Source: a candidate division FCPU426 bacterium (GTDB lineage Bacteria > Oederibacteriota > Muellerivitia > Muellerivitales > Muellerivitaceae). From it: DNA of 64,000 bases. Of this stretch, positions 52,227 through 63,449 are shown piece after piece. The position numbers and the translations under genes were made by a program. Numbering within the stretch: the stretch's first letter is position 1; each line of letters starts with the position of its first letter. The stretch spans positions 1 through 64,000 of the forward strand of contig CAWKAR010000052.1 of assembly GCA_963847625.1 (NCBI GenBank), given 5' to 3'. The notes under the pieces are model-generated. The model was not told the origin of the DNA and searched no databases. It worked only from the letters and a program-made list of their open reading frames with translations.

Positions 52227-53777
52227 ATGCCTAATTTTAAAAAGACCTTTTACGTCACAACCCCCATCTATTACGTGAACGATATCCCCCATATCGGCCA
52301 TGCTTACGCCACCGTTGGCGCGGACGCCATCGCGCGCTTCAAACGCATGGATGGATATGACGTTTATTTCCTCACCGGCACGGATGAACACGGGCAAAAA
52401 ATCGAAAAGTCAGCCAAGGAAAAGGGTTTGGAACCCAAACAGCTGGCTGACCAGGTGGTGGATCGTTTCAAACAGGCTTGGGATAAACTCGGAATTTCCT
52501 ACGACCGGTTTATCCGCACTACCGATGAGGACCACAAGAAAGCCTGTCAAGTCTTCTTCAAGCAAGTGATGGACGCGGGTTATATCTACAAGGGCCATTA
52601 CGAAGGCTGGTACTGCCTGCCGGACGAGAGGTTCCTCTTGGACTCGGAAGTAGTGGATGGCAAATGTCCCGAGTGCGGCCGTTCCGTGGAGCGGTTGCAG
52701 GAAGAAAACTACTTTTTCTCCATGTCCAAGTTCCAAAAGAAAATCGAGGAATACCTGGAAACCCACCCTGAATTTGTTTTTCCGGAAATACGGCGCAATG
52801 ACCTCGTCAGTAATTTCGTTAAACCCGGCCTGCCCGACGTATGCATCACACGGGCGGCCCTGAAATGGGGAATTCAAGCGCCGGTGCCGGAGGGGTCGGT
52901 TATTTACGTGTGGTTTGACGCTTTGTTGAATTACATCACGGCCATTGGCTGGCCAGAGGGTGAGAATTACAGGAAATTCTGGCCGGCTGACGTTCACATC
53001 ATAGGAAAGGAAATTTTAAGGTTCCACGCGGCCCTCTGGCCCTCCATGCTCATGGCGGCGGGAGTGCCCGTGCCGAAAATGGTTTTTGTGACAGGCCATA
53101 TCACCAAGGATGGGAGAAAAATGTCCAAAAGCCTTGGGAATACCGTCGACCCTTTTGAGCTGGCGGCTACCTACGGGCCTGACGCGGTCCGGTATTATCT
53201 TTTGAGGGAAATACCCTATGGCATGGATGGTAATTACACGGATGAATCCTTCCAACTTCGGTTCAATGGCGATCTTGCCAACGACCTCGGAAACCTGGTG
53301 CACCGCAGTATGACCATGTTGGAGAAATATTTCGGCGGAATCATCCCAAAACCCGGACCCGATGGCGATTTAGAAAATAGCTTGATAGCGTTGGCTAAGG
53401 CGTATATTCCAACCGCGCGAAAAGCCATGGAACACTTGGAGTTCCACAACGCCTTGTCCCAGGCTTGGGAGTTGGTTAAGCGCGCGAATAAATACATTGA
53501 GGAATCAGCTCCTTGGAAAGTCGCCAAAGAAGGAAACCAGGAAAAACTGGGGACAGTCATGTATACCCTCATGGAAACCTTGAGGGTCACGGCTCTTTCG
53601 ATCGCGCCTTTCATGCCTTTTACGGCATCAGCCATATGGGCCCAACTTGGGTATTCGGATGATATCAAAAAGCATTTGTTATCTGAAACCGAGGAATGGG
53701 GTCGAATCCCAGTGGGGCAGAAGGTAACCAAGGGACAACCATTATTTCCCCGAATAGAGAAGGAAAAAAAGAAATAA
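52227..53777 (+). CDS. metG: Methionyl-tRNA synthetase (short form)
   Basis: HIGH, GTDEHG, YVWFDAL and KMSKS. Confidence 0.97.
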   Translation: MPNFKKTFYVTTPIYYVNDIPHIGHAYATVGADAIARFKRMDGYDVYFLTGTDEHGQKIEKSAKEKGLEPKQLADQVVDRFKQAWDKLGISYDRFIRTTDEDHKKACQVFFKQVMDAGYIYKGHYEGWYCLPDERFLLDSEVVDGKCPECGRSVERLQEENYFFSMSKFQKKIEEYLETHPEFVFPEIRRNDLVSNFVKPGLPDVCITRAALKWGIQAPVPEGSVIYVWFDALLNYITAIGWPEGENYRKFWPADVHIIGKEILRFHAALWPSMLMAAGVPVPKMVFVTGHITKDGRKMSKSLGNTVDPFELAATYGPDAVRYYLLREIPYGMDGNYTDESFQLRFNGDLANDLGNLVHRSMTMLEKYFGGIIPKPGPDGDLENSLIALAKAYIPTARKAMEHLEFHNALSQAWELVKRANKYIEESAPWKVAKEGNQEKLGTVMYTLMETLRVTALSIAPFMPFTASAIWAQLGYSDDIKKHLLSETEEWGRIPVGQKVTKGQPLFPRIEKEKKK

Positions 53778-53868
53778 TCAGTTACAAGTTTCCAGAAATG
53801 CTTGGGTGAATTTTAAGACTCTTTCCTGAATTTGTAGATAAGGGGTTTTAAAAGCATTTTATGTAATC

Positions 53869-54020
53869 TGTCGTTGCGAGGAGGCGCCCCAATCGGGGCG
53901 GTTGCCGACGTGGCAATCCCAGTTAGTTGTTCGATTTAAGCCGTTTTATGAGGCATATTTAAACTGGGGTTGCTTCCTCGTCATCGCCCGCCTATTCGGC
54001 GGCCACTCGTCGCAATGACA
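53869..54020. repeat. REP/BIME-like palindromic element
   Basis: TGTCGTTGCGA...GGCAATCCC / GGGGTTGC...TCGCAATGACA nested inverted repeats. Confidence 0.65.
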
Positions 54021-54133
54021 TCCAAGCAAAGCAAATCTTAAATTAGGCTGCTATCGGCAAATTCAGGAAACAGCCAATTTTAAAAACCAACACATTCCCA
54101 CTTTGTCCGCTGATTCTGTGAAGAAAGGCATTT

Positions 54134-54901
54134 ATGGCCGGTTTGATTGACACCCATTGCCACCTGGATGACGAGCGCCTGGTCGGGCAGGAAAACGAGG
54201 TTCTCCAGCGGTGCAAAGAGGCGGGTATTGAAACCTGCGTGACCATCGGCACCGACGAAAAAACCTCCGCGGCCGCCGCGGCTTTGGCTGGCCGCCATCC
54301 TGGGAGGGTTTACCATACCATCGGCGCTCATCCCAATGACGCGGACAGGTTCAGTGAAAACGACTTAATAGAAATCGAACGTCTGGCGAGGGAAACCAAG
54401 CCTATTGCCATAGGCGAGATCGGTTTAGATTACTACCACTCCTCGGATCGCCAAAAACAAGCGCGTCTTTTTGAAAGGATGATCAACCTTGCTCGGGAAC
54501 TAACTTTGCCTATCGTGATCCATGACCGTGATGCCCACGATGATATTTATAAACTTCTGAAAGCCAAGGCTCTAGGCATTAAAATCGTGATGCATTGTTA
54601 TTCCGCCGGGCCGGATTATGTGGAAAAGTTCATGGATTTAGGCTGCCTTTTCTCCTTTGCGGGACCCATTACCTTTAAAAATGGACAACCCCAAAGGGAT
54701 GCGGCCTCTAAAATTCCCTTAGGCCGGCTGGTAGTGGAAACAGACGCCCCCTATCTTACGCCCCACCCCCACCGGGGTAAGTTGAATGAACCGGCTTACG
54801 TGAAATTGACCGCGGAAAAACTCGCTGAGGTGAAGGGGGTTTCTTTCGAGGAATTGGCCAGGGTCACCACCGAAAACGCCAGGAAGTTTTACGACTTTTA
54901 A
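54134..54901 (+). CDS. tatD: TatD-family DNase
   Basis: DTHCH, GEIGLDY and ETDAPYL. Confidence 0.93.
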   Translation: MAGLIDTHCHLDDERLVGQENEVLQRCKEAGIETCVTIGTDEKTSAAAAALAGRHPGRVYHTIGAHPNDADRFSENDLIEIERLARETKPIAIGEIGLDYYHSSDRQKQARLFERMINLARELTLPIVIHDRDAHDDIYKLLKAKALGIKIVMHCYSAGPDYVEKFMDLGCLFSFAGPITFKNGQPQRDAASKIPLGRLVVETDAPYLTPHPHRGKLNEPAYVKLTAEKLAEVKGVSFEELARVTTENARKFYDF

Positions 54902-55138
54902 CCCGCCACCGCAATGTTTTTATCTGTTTCTCTTTTTCAATTTTTACTGTTTTTGCCGTTAATTCCTAACACCTAACTACTCACTCCTAACTTATTTATG
55001 CATACTCACCTATCCGTATGGATCTGGAATCTCTAGGAACATGAGAGGGTTTTCTCGATGGCATCGGGCAGGTTTACCGCTGGTAAGGCCGTAAGCCGGT
55101 AAGGGCGATAAGTCGGGCGGTAAGCCGTTAAGCGGTGC

Positions 55139-55474
55139 GTGGTAAAGGCGGTAAACCGGGCGGTGCGCGGTAAAGGCGGTAAACCTGGCAGTGCGCGGTA
55201 AAGGCGGTAAACCAGGCGGTGCGCGGTAAAGGCGGTAAACCGGGCGGCACGCGGTAAAGGCGGTAAACCGGGCGGTGGGCGGTAAAGGCGGTAAACCGGA
55301 CGATGGGCGGTAAAGGCGGTAAACCTGGTGGTGGGCGGTAAAGGCGGTAAACCCGGCGACATGCGGTAAAGGCGGTAAATCCGGTGGTACGCGGTAAAAG
55401 CGGTAAACCGGGCGGCGGGCGGTAAAGGCGGTAAACCCGGTGGCATGCGGTAAAGGCGGTAAACCGGGAACAGG
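55139..55474. repeat. Tandem repeat, 12 x 28 bp
   Basis: 19-bp core GCGGTAAAGGCGGTAAACC plus a 9-bp variable segment. Confidence 0.92.
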
Positions 55475-55665
55475 CCGGGATAACCCGGGAACAGCTGGAC
55501 TTAAGCCGGGAACAAGCTGAGATAACCCGGGAACAGTGGACTTAAGCCGGGAACAAAGCCGGGATAAGCCGTTAGACGGGAGATAACCCATTATAAAAAG
55601 CTGGGATAAGCCATTAGACGGGAGATAACCCGGCGGCATAGGGGGATACCCCGGCGCATGGGGCG
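55462..55665. repeat. Second degenerate repeat block
   Basis: Recurrent CCGGGAACA, GATAACCC, GGACTTAAG and GGGATAAGCCRTTAGACGGGAGATAACCC units. Confidence 0.7.
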
Positions 55666-55836
55666 TGGGAGAGGGGTCAATCATCATTTAATAATATTTT
55701 CTTAGTGTCGCGCCCATTGAAACCACTTCTCTATTCCCCAGGCCGCTCTTCCCACTTTCTCTCCAGCCGCCCGATGGCTTTGTTAAAAGGGGTCGTATTT
55801 AAGGGATCGGGCTTGAAAAAAGAAAATGAACGATTG

Positions 55837-57069
55837 CTAAAAAACCAAGCCCAGGGGTTGAATGCGGTTTTTCATCTCGTCGGTGACTTTCTTTTCTTCT
55901 CCCTCGTTAGCGGCCTCAAAGGTCACTGAAAATCTCAAATAGTGACCCGCATCATCCCAAGGAACAGTCGAGATTAAACAGCTCTCGATTAGATATTCCG
56001 AAAACTCTGCGGCGGTAGCAAATGTTTTCCCGGCTTTCGTGCCTCTGGGAGATTTGACGTAACAATAAAATGTCCCCTTTGGTTTTTTGGCATCAAACCC
56101 TAATTCCCGCAAGGCTTGGACCAACCTGTCAAACCTCCTGGAATACTTGGCGATGGTTCTTTCTGTGATTTCCGGGTGTTGGAGCGCATGAATTCCGGCC
56201 TTTTGGATGGCCCTGAACTGCCCGGAATCGGTATTGTCCTTGACGGCCGCGAAGGCTTTTACCGCATGGGGGTTTCCAACGATAAAACCAATGCGCCATC
56301 CGGTCATGTTAAAGGCTTTTGAGAGGGAATGGACCTCCACCCCGACCTCCATGGCCCCCTCGGCCGACAGGAAACTCAGGGGCTTGTAACCGTCATAAGT
56401 CAAGGCTCCATAGGCCGCGTCGTTCACCACAATCAGGTTATTTTTTTTCGCGAAGTCAACGGCACGCTTGAAGAATTCCAGGGTAGCCACCGCGCCCGTG
56501 GGATTGTTGGGATAGTTGATATACAACAACTTGGCCTTGCGCAGGACATCGGGGGGAATGGACGTAAAATCCGGAAAAAAGGAATTGGATTCCAGGAGGG
56601 GAAGATGATAAACCTCCCCTCCGAGGTATTTTGTGTAAGTGGCGGTCACGGGATAACCCGGAACCGTGGTCAGGACTATCTCCCCTGGATTCACGAAGCA
56701 AATGGGTAACATAGCTAAGATGGGTTTTGAACCAACGCCATGGATAATATTTTCCGATGGATCCAGGTTTTTGAGGCCGTAAATCCTGGCCAAATAAGCC
56801 GCCGCCGCTTCCTGGAACTCGGGGATACCGTTGTCGGCATACCACCGGTTCTCGGGTTTTGGGGCTTCCTGCGCTAATCGGATGACCACGCCAGGGTCAG
56901 CCGGCCAATCGGGTTCGCCCACCCCCATATCAATCAGGGGCAGGTCCGGACGGGCTTTTCTGGCCCTGGCCTTGGTCCTTTTAATCATCTCGAATTTGTA
57001 TATCTCGTTGGATTTGCCGAACATCCTTCCGCCCAGCCTTTCGGCAAATTTATCCTCGAAAAATGACAT
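55837..57069 (-). CDS. dapL: LL-diaminopimelate aminotransferase
   Basis: DMGVGEPD, NYPNNPTG, SLSKAFNMTGWR and STVPWDDAG. Confidence 0.85.
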   Translation of the reverse strand: MSFFEDKFAERLGGRMFGKSNEIYKFEMIKRTKARARKARPDLPLIDMGVGEPDWPADPGVVIRLAQEAPKPENRWYADNGIPEFQEAAAAYLARIYGLKNLDPSENIIHGVGSKPILAMLPICFVNPGEIVLTTVPGYPVTATYTKYLGGEVYHLPLLESNSFFPDFTSIPPDVLRKAKLLYINYPNNPTGAVATLEFFKRAVDFAKKNNLIVVNDAAYGALTYDGYKPLSFLSAEGAMEVGVEVHSLSKAFNMTGWRIGFIVGNPHAVKAFAAVKDNTDSGQFRAIQKAGIHALQHPEITERTIAKYSRRFDRLVQALRELGFDAKKPKGTFYCYVKSPRGTKAGKTFATAAEFSEYLIESCLISTVPWDDAGHYLRFSVTFEAANEGEEKKVTDEMKNRIQPLGLVF

Positions 57070-57353
57070 TTTTATTTCCTCCTCTGTCCGCATTGTAACT
57101 TTATTTTAAACATAAAATCCATGTTTCCACAGATTTCCCGCTATTTTCAAATCCCGGCATTGGATTTGACCGCCTTCCGGGTAAAATAACCCACTCCATT
57201 TCTCCCGCATAGAAGAAAAGTCCATTAGTTGACTTTTCCAGCTTTCTTCCGAGGAAACTGAAACCATTTAAGAAATGGGTTTTTTCATTTTCGCTTTGGC
57301 TGAATTAAACGAGGTAAAAGAAAAACTTTCTTAAAATTTATAAGGAAACTTCC

Positions 57354-58379
57354 ATGATACGTGAATGCCTGGTCAAACTGTCTCAAAAGCAATCCCTAAC
57401 GGAGGCCGATGCCTACGGTTGTATGATCGAGATATTGGAAGGAAAAGCAGTTCCAACTCAGGTCGCGGCCTACCTGGCCTTCCTCAATGTTGAGTTTGAA
57501 ACAACCGAAGAAGTGGTTGGCAGCGTTAAGGCCATGCGTGACAAAATGATTCGGATCAACGCTGAAGGATTGAATGCTATCGACGTGTGCGGTACGGGGG
57601 GAGACCACAAGGGAACCTTTAATATTTCCACCGCGGCGGCCTTAGTTTTGGCCGGAGACGGCGTGATCGTGGCCAAACACGGCAACCGGGCCGCTTCCAG
57701 CCAATGCGGCAGCGCGGAAGTTTTGGACGCTTTAGGGGTGAAAATCGATCCTACCGTTCGCGTGATCGAGAATTGCCTGCGGGAAGCAGGAATCGCCTTT
57801 TTGTTCGCCCCCCATTTTCATCCGGCCATGAAAAACGTGGCAACCATCCGGAAGGAGTTGGGAATCAGGACGATTTTCAACGTGCTGGGACCCATGAGCA
57901 ATCCCGCTTCCGTGAAGCGGCAGGTGATCGGGGTATTCGACGCGGAGAGGGCCAGGATCATTGCGGAGGCCTTGATCCAATCCGGCACGGAGCGGGTGAT
58001 TACCCTTCACAGCCGGGATGGCCTGGATGAGGTTTCCTGCGCTGACGAGACTTTCATCTGGGAATACAAGAAGGATTCCGCTGGAAACATCAGCCGCCTC
58101 TCGGAGGTCATCCAACCCGAACATTTCGGTTTCCAACGCAGGTCCCTGGAAACAATCAAGGGAGGGGACGCAGATATGAACGCAAAAATTATTTTAGCGG
58201 TCCTAAATGGGGAGAAAAAAGCATTCCGTGAGTCGGTGGTCATGAACGCGGCTGTCGGTTTCTATATGGCAGGAAAATGCCCAGCGATCCTGGATGGCCG
58301 CGCTTTAGCGGAGGCGTCCATCGACTCGGGAAAGGCCCTTCAGGCCTTGAAAAAGTTAGAGGAAATTTCCCATACCTGA
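57354..58379 (+). CDS. trpD: Anthranilate phosphoribosyltransferase
   Basis: CGTGGD, FNIST and KHGNR. Confidence 0.96.
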   Translation: MIRECLVKLSQKQSLTEADAYGCMIEILEGKAVPTQVAAYLAFLNVEFETTEEVVGSVKAMRDKMIRINAEGLNAIDVCGTGGDHKGTFNISTAAALVLAGDGVIVAKHGNRAASSQCGSAEVLDALGVKIDPTVRVIENCLREAGIAFLFAPHFHPAMKNVATIRKELGIRTIFNVLGPMSNPASVKRQVIGVFDAERARIIAEALIQSGTERVITLHSRDGLDEVSCADETFIWEYKKDSAGNISRLSEVIQPEHFGFQRRSLETIKGGDADMNAKIILAVLNGEKKAFRESVVMNAAVGFYMAGKCPAILDGRALAEASIDSGKALQALKKLEEISHT

Positions 58380-58424
58380 GTAAGAAACTCGACTTAAAAA
58401 AGTCAGTCTGGAAAGGCGTTCATT

Positions 58425-59207
58425 TTGAATATCCTCCAACAAATAACTGAGACGAAACTCCAGGAAATCGCAAGGCTCAAAAAGGAAAGGGGATTAGGTT
58501 CCTTGCGGGATGGCGCAAATTCGCAAAAGGAGCCAAGGAATTTCTTGAAAGCCATTCAACGAACGGGAAAGCTTTCTTTGATCGGGGAGCTTAAAAAAGC
58601 CAGCCCCTCCAAGGGTCTTTTAAGGAAGAATTTCCCGGTGGAATCCCTCGCGAAAGCCTATTCTAACGCCGGGGTCCAGGCCCTTTCGGTTTTGACCGAT
58701 TCCCAATATTTTCAAGGTTCCCTTGAACATTTGAAAACAGCCAAGGACGCTTGCGAATTACCTGTGTTACGGAAAGATTTTATCCTAGATGAACTCCAGG
58801 TTTATCAGGCCCGGGAGGCGGGAGCCGACGCCATTCTTTTGATCGCGGCTATGATGCCGCCGGCGAAATTAAAGGAACTTTCGGCCGTTTCAGAAGAACT
58901 GAGTATGCCAAGCTTGGTGGAAGTCCATGACGAAAGAGAATTGGATGCCGCTCTGCGGTCCGGCGCGAAAATCCTTGGAATCAACAACAGAAACCTGAAT
59001 GATTTCTCGGTGTCCCTCCAGACTTCCTTGGCTTTGCTTAAAAAGTGCCCTCAAGGCGTTCCGGTTGTCAGCGAAAGCGGAATATTCACCCGGGCGGACG
59101 CGCTTCTATTGAAAAAGGCCGGTGCCTCCGCCATTCTGGTGGGGGAGGCCTTCATGACCGCACAGGACTTGGTATCGGCGGTGAAGAACCTCATGCCGGA
59201 GAATTAA
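58425..59207 (+). CDS. trpC: Indole-3-glycerol phosphate synthase
   Basis: ELKKASPSKG, LRKDF, GINNRNL and SESGI. Confidence 0.96.
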   Translation: MNILQQITETKLQEIARLKKERGLGSLRDGANSQKEPRNFLKAIQRTGKLSLIGELKKASPSKGLLRKNFPVESLAKAYSNAGVQALSVLTDSQYFQGSLEHLKTAKDACELPVLRKDFILDELQVYQAREAGADAILLIAAMMPPAKLKELSAVSEELSMPSLVEVHDERELDAALRSGAKILGINNRNLNDFSVSLQTSLALLKKCPQGVPVVSESGIFTRADALLLKKAGASAILVGEAFMTAQDLVSAVKNLMPEN

Positions 59208-59831
59208 ATGTTTCGGATTAAAATCTGCGGAGTCACCCGTCCTGAGGACGTGAGATTTATTACCAAAGCCGGGGCGGACGCTATCGGGTTTCAAATGTCC
59301 ATAGGCCCCAGGAAAATAAGCCCGGAAAAAGCCCGAAGATTAGTCGAATATGTACCCCCGCTTGTTATGCCGATCGGCGTCTTTGTGAATGAACCGCTGG
59401 AAAGGGTAATTAGGTTAACAAAATTTTGCGGGTTTCAGGCAATACAACTTCATGGGAATGAGGACTTGGACTATTGTGAGGGATTGGAATTTCCCATCAT
59501 TAAGGCAATTCGCATGAAAACCAAAAGGTCTTACCTGCCTTTCCGGGGCTTTCGGGTTGCGGCCTATTTATTGGATTCCTATAATGAAAAATCACCTGGA
59601 GGGACAGGACAAACTTTTCAACCCCGTTGGGCAGCTGAAGCCGTGAACCGCCTTCCAAATCCGGTCCTGCTGGCCGGGGGATTGACTCCCGACAATGTTC
59701 AACAGGCTATCGGGATTTCCGGCGCCTTTGGAGTGGATGTATCCAGCGGCGTGGAAAGTTACCCGGGTTACAAAGATCCCCGTAAGGTATCCCTCTTTAT
59801 CCGCCGGGCTAAAGATTCTTTTCTCACCTGA
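59208..59831 (+). CDS. trpF: Phosphoribosylanthranilate isomerase
   Basis: KICGVT, QLHGNE, LAGGL and DVSSGVE. Confidence 0.96.
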   Translation: MFRIKICGVTRPEDVRFITKAGADAIGFQMSIGPRKISPEKARRLVEYVPPLVMPIGVFVNEPLERVIRLTKFCGFQAIQLHGNEDLDYCEGLEFPIIKAIRMKTKRSYLPFRGFRVAAYLLDSYNEKSPGGTGQTFQPRWAAEAVNRLPNPVLLAGGLTPDNVQQAIGISGAFGVDVSSGVESYPGYKDPRKVSLFIRRAKDSFLT

Positions 59832-59928
59832 AAGGTGAAGGTTTGAAATAAACTTTTTTATTCATTATGGGTTTCTTAATGAATCCAAAATCCATAAAAA
59901 AAGAGAAAAACTGGAGTTTTAAACGGCT

Positions 59929-60519
59929 ATGGCCGACCAAAAGTCATTGATCATCAAATTGGCCCATATTTACTACCACACCGGCAGCTGGGATAAGGCC
60001 ATTCTCGAGTATGAAAAGATCATCGCGCTTGATCCGAATGATTACAACGTGCGTTTAACCCTCGGTGAACTTTATATGAAGAAAGGGGATATTGAGCGGG
60101 CCTTCAGGGAATTTGAACTCGCGGGGAATGGTTATTTGAGGGAAAAAAACGTTAAAAAAGCCGTAAGCGCTTTTCGGGAAGTTGCGAACCTTGTTCAGAA
60201 GATGATCGAGCCTCAAGATGTGGATAAAGCCATCAAACTCTATAAGGATATTCTCGAGAAACTGCCTGAATCCTCGGAATCGTTGCTGAACTTGAGGGAC
60301 CTTTATTCACGGCATAATTTGATGGAAGAAGCATTGAATTGCACTCTTCAACTTGGGGATCTCTACAACCGCCTCGATTACATCGACAAAGCGGAAAATG
60401 AATATATGAGGGCCTGCGCCATGGATCCCAGCAATAAATCAGCCCAATCAAAACTGGAACAATTGAGAGCCGAAAAGATCCGGTTGGGAACCGAATCCAC
60501 CTTCGGCGCTGGAAATTGA
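59929..60519 (+). CDS. TPR-repeat protein
   Basis: Repeated LG.LY...G....A helices. Confidence 0.85.
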   Translation: MADQKSLIIKLAHIYYHTGSWDKAILEYEKIIALDPNDYNVRLTLGELYMKKGDIERAFREFELAGNGYLREKNVKKAVSAFREVANLVQKMIEPQDVDKAIKLYKDILEKLPESSESLLNLRDLYSRHNLMEEALNCTLQLGDLYNRLDYIDKAENEYMRACAMDPSNKSAQSKLEQLRAEKIRLGTESTFGAGN

Positions 60520-60520
60520 T

Positions 60521-61729
60521 ATGAGGGCCTTTCCTGATCAGAACGGTTATTTTGGACCCTATGGCGGCCAATATGTCCCGGAAACACTTATGGTGGCACT
60601 TCAGGAGTTAACCAGGGTTTACGAAAAAGCACGGAAAGACCATGCTTTTCAAGCGGAATACAAACGTCAATTGGTTGAATATAGCGGCAGACCTACACCT
60701 CTGACCCTTGCGGCCCGTCTGACCCAAACTCTCAAGGGCGCCAAGATCTACCTAAAACGCGAGGATTTGAACCATACTGGCGCCCACAAGATCAATAATT
60801 GCCTGGGGCAAATCCTTCTCGCCAAAAAAATGGGTAAAAAGCGCGTTATCGCCGAAACCGGCGCGGGCCAGCATGGGGTGGCAACCGCTACGGTTTGCGC
60901 GCTTTTCGGGATCAAATGCGAGGTTTATATGGGGATGGAGGATATCCGGCGCCAAGCCCTGAATGTGTTCCGAATGAAATTGCTGGGTGCCCAAGTGCAT
61001 CCCGTGACGGCGGGAACCAAGACCTTAAAGGACGCCATGAGCGAGGCTATCCGGGATTGGGTGACAAATGTTAAAACCACTTATTACTTGATCGGTTCCA
61101 CCGCCGGCCCCCATCCCTACCCCATGATGGTCCGGGATTTCCAAAAAGTGATCGGGATAGAGGCCCGCGGGCAAATTATCCAGGCGGAAGGACGCCTGCC
61201 CGCCGCATTGGTCGCTTGCGTGAACGGCGGGTCCAACGCCATCGGATTATTTTATCCCTTCCTGAGGGATCGAAAGGTGCGAATGGTGGGTGTGGAAGCG
61301 GCGGGTGAGGGAATCCGAACAAAACGCCACGCCGCCACCATGATGAAGGGAAGACCCGGAATTTTGCATGGAAGTTACAGCTATGTTCTTCAAAGTCCCG
61401 ACGGCCAAATCAAGGAAACCCATTCCATTTCAGCGGGATTGGATTATCCGGGCGTGGGACCGGAACACGCTTGGCTTAGGGACACCGGACGGGCCACTTA
61501 TGTTTCCGCGACGGACCAACAAGCGCTGGAAGCTTTTCAAACCCTCGCGATCAAAGAGGGAATCCTTCCGGCTTTGGAAAGCGCACACGCGCTTTACCAA
61601 GCCATGAAAATGGCGAAAAAAATGCCCCGTAAAACCTCCCTCATCGTAAATCTGTCCGGCCGCGGTGATAAGGACGTGAACACCGTTTTGGATCGTTTGG
61701 GAAAAGATTTGAAAGGCGGTAGGGGTTGA
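60521..61729 (+). CDS. trpB: Tryptophan synthase beta chain
   Basis: [16 protein letters not shown] and LSGRGDKD. Confidence 0.98.
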   Translation: MRAFPDQNGYFGPYGGQYVPETLMVALQELTRVYEKARKDHAFQAEYKRQLVEYSGRPTPLTLAARLTQTLKGAKIYLKREDLNHTGAHKINNCLGQILLAKKMGKKRVIAETGAGQHGVATATVCALFGIKCEVYMGMEDIRRQALNVFRMKLLGAQVHPVTAGTKTLKDAMSEAIRDWVTNVKTTYYLIGSTAGPHPYPMMVRDFQKVIGIEARGQIIQAEGRLPAALVACVNGGSNAIGLFYPFLRDRKVRMVGVEAAGEGIRTKRHAATMMKGRPGILHGSYSYVLQSPDGQIKETHSISAGLDYPGVGPEHAWLRDTGRATYVSATDQQALEAFQTLAIKEGILPALESAHALYQAMKMAKKMPRKTSLIVNLSGRGDKDVNTVLDRLGKDLKGGRG

Positions 61730-62523
61730 GTTCGAATCTCCACCGATTATTCCAGGAGGCTCGGCGGAATCGTCGAGCCCTTTTTCTTCCTTATATCTGC
61801 CTGGGATATCCCGACTACAGGGCCTCTGTTGAATCGGCCGAGGGAGCCCTCCGGGGAGGCGCTTCCGCGTTGGAGTTGGGAGTGCCTTTTTCGGACCCGA
61901 TCGCCGACGGCCCCACTTTACAAAAAGCCACTCAAATTTCCCTGGAACAAGGGACACGATTTTCCGATGTTTTCCGGATGATCCGGACCCTTCGGAAAAA
62001 AGGATATAAACAACCTCTGTTAGTCATGACCTACTTAAACCTTGTGGTGCAAATGGGGTGGAACGAATTCGCGAATCATCTCGCCCAAGCGGGAGGGAAT
62101 GGAGCCATTATACCGGACTTGCCCCTGCAGGAGCTTTCTAAAAAAGAGTTTCTTTTCAAGAAAAAAGGCCTATGCTTAATTCCCTTTATCGCCCCCACCT
62201 CCAGTCCGGGAAGAATGAAGATGGCCGATGCCCAGAATGCGCCTTTTTTGTATTATGTCTCGGTCACGGGAGTGACAGGCGCCCGAACGGAACTAGCGCC
62301 CGGTCTCATCGCGAATTTGAAACGATTCAAAAAACGTCTCAAAACACCTATTGTTGTGGGTTTTGGCATATCCAAACCCAGCCATGCGGCGAAAGTCGGT
62401 AAGGTGTCGGATGGAGTCATCATCGCCAGCGCCCTTATCCAAATGATCGAAAGGACGCCCAAGGCTCGAATCGGGGAAAGAGTCGAGAGGTACTGCAGAA
62501 AAATCGTAAAGAAAATGAAATAA
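61726..62523 (+). CDS. trpA: Tryptophan synthase alpha chain
   Basis: [20 protein letters not shown] and VGFGI. Confidence 0.97.
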   Translation: MSSNLHRLFQEARRNRRALFLPYICLGYPDYRASVESAEGALRGGASALELGVPFSDPIADGPTLQKATQISLEQGTRFSDVFRMIRTLRKKGYKQPLLVMTYLNLVVQMGWNEFANHLAQAGGNGAIIPDLPLQELSKKEFLFKKKGLCLIPFIAPTSSPGRMKMADAQNAPFLYYVSVTGVTGARTELAPGLIANLKRFKKRLKTPIVVGFGISKPSHAAKVGKVSDGVIIASALIQMIERTPKARIGERVERYCRKIVKKMK

Positions 62524-62603
62524 AGTTTGAACCCGAAATGGAAAGTCCGATATGAACTTCCCGTTTTGATCTACAAATACACGGGATTATTTGGAGGTTT
62601 GGA

Positions 62604-63449
62604 TTGGCATGGTTTAAGAAGGCCAAAAAAATCATTTCCAGGGTGGTGGAAGTAAACAAGGCTGTCCAAGTTCCGGAAGGGCTTTATGAGAAGTGCCGGA
62701 AGTGTTCCACGCTTTTATATAACAAGGACCTGGACAAGAACCTCAAAGTATGCCCCCAGTGCGGTTACCATTATCAGATATCAGCGCTCGAACGGCTTTA
62801 CCTGACAGTTGATTCGGGGACATTCAAAGAGTTTGACGAAAACCTGGTCTCGGTGAATCCCCTTCATTTCCCGGAATACGAGGAAAAGGTTAATAAGGGC
62901 ATAGAGAAAACTAAAATGCCGGAAGCAGTCTTGACGGGTTTGGGGAAGATCGAAGGACAACCGGTTTCCTTGGCCATCACTGACTTTCAGTTCATGGGAG
63001 GAAGCATGGGCAGCGTGGTCGGTGAAAAGATCACGAGGGCCGTGGAGAGGGCCATCATGAAAAAATGTGGAATGGTCATTGTGTCGGCTTCCGGGGGGGG
63101 CGCCCGCATGCAAGAGGGCATTTTGTCGCTCATGCAGATGGCTAAAATATCAGCGGCTTTGGCCCTACTGGGCAAAGCCCGGCTTCCCTACATATCGGTT
63201 TTGACCGACCCGACCGCGGGAGGGGTGGCCGCGTCCTTCGGCATGCTGGGGGACGTAAATATCGCCGAGCCGGGTGCCATGATCGGATTCGCCGGCCCCA
63301 GGGTCATCGAACAGACAATCCGCCAAAAACTTCCCAAGGGGTTCCAGCGTTCCGAATTTCTTTTGGAACATGGGTTTGTCGATGCCATCGTCGCGCGGAA
63401 TGAATTGAAAGCCACCATTGGAAAGTTCCTTAAGTTTTTTCATCTGTGA
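62604..63449 (+). CDS. accD: Acetyl-CoA carboxylase carboxyltransferase beta subunit
   Basis: Zn finger, FMGGSMG, GGARMQEG and GFAGPRVI. Confidence 0.96.
   Translation: MAWFKKAKKIISRVVEVNKAVQVPEGLYEKCRKCSTLLYNKDLDKNLKVCPQCGYHYQISALERLYLTVDSGTFKEFDENLVSVNPLHFPEYEEKVNKGIEKTKMPEAVLTGLGKIEGQPVSLAITDFQFMGGSMGSVVGEKITRAVERAIMKKCGMVIVSASGGGARMQEGILSLMQMAKISAALALLGKARLPYISVLTDPTAGGVAASFGMLGDVNIAEPGAMIGFAGPRVIEQTIRQKLPKGFQRSEFLLEHGFVDAIVARNELKATIGKFLKFFHL

Noticed and set aside
55139..55474. CRISPR array
   Set aside because: Variable segments are only 9 bp and resemble each other; no cas genes or leader are visible.
55010..55687. Minus-strand Pro/Arg-rich ORFs (225 and 137 aa)
   Set aside because: By-products of the 28-bp repeat; the same peptides cycle through frames.
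57100..57353. trp attenuator or T-box
   Set aside because: A weak hairpin plus T-run exists near 57260-57290, but I found no Trp-codon leader peptide or T-box motif.
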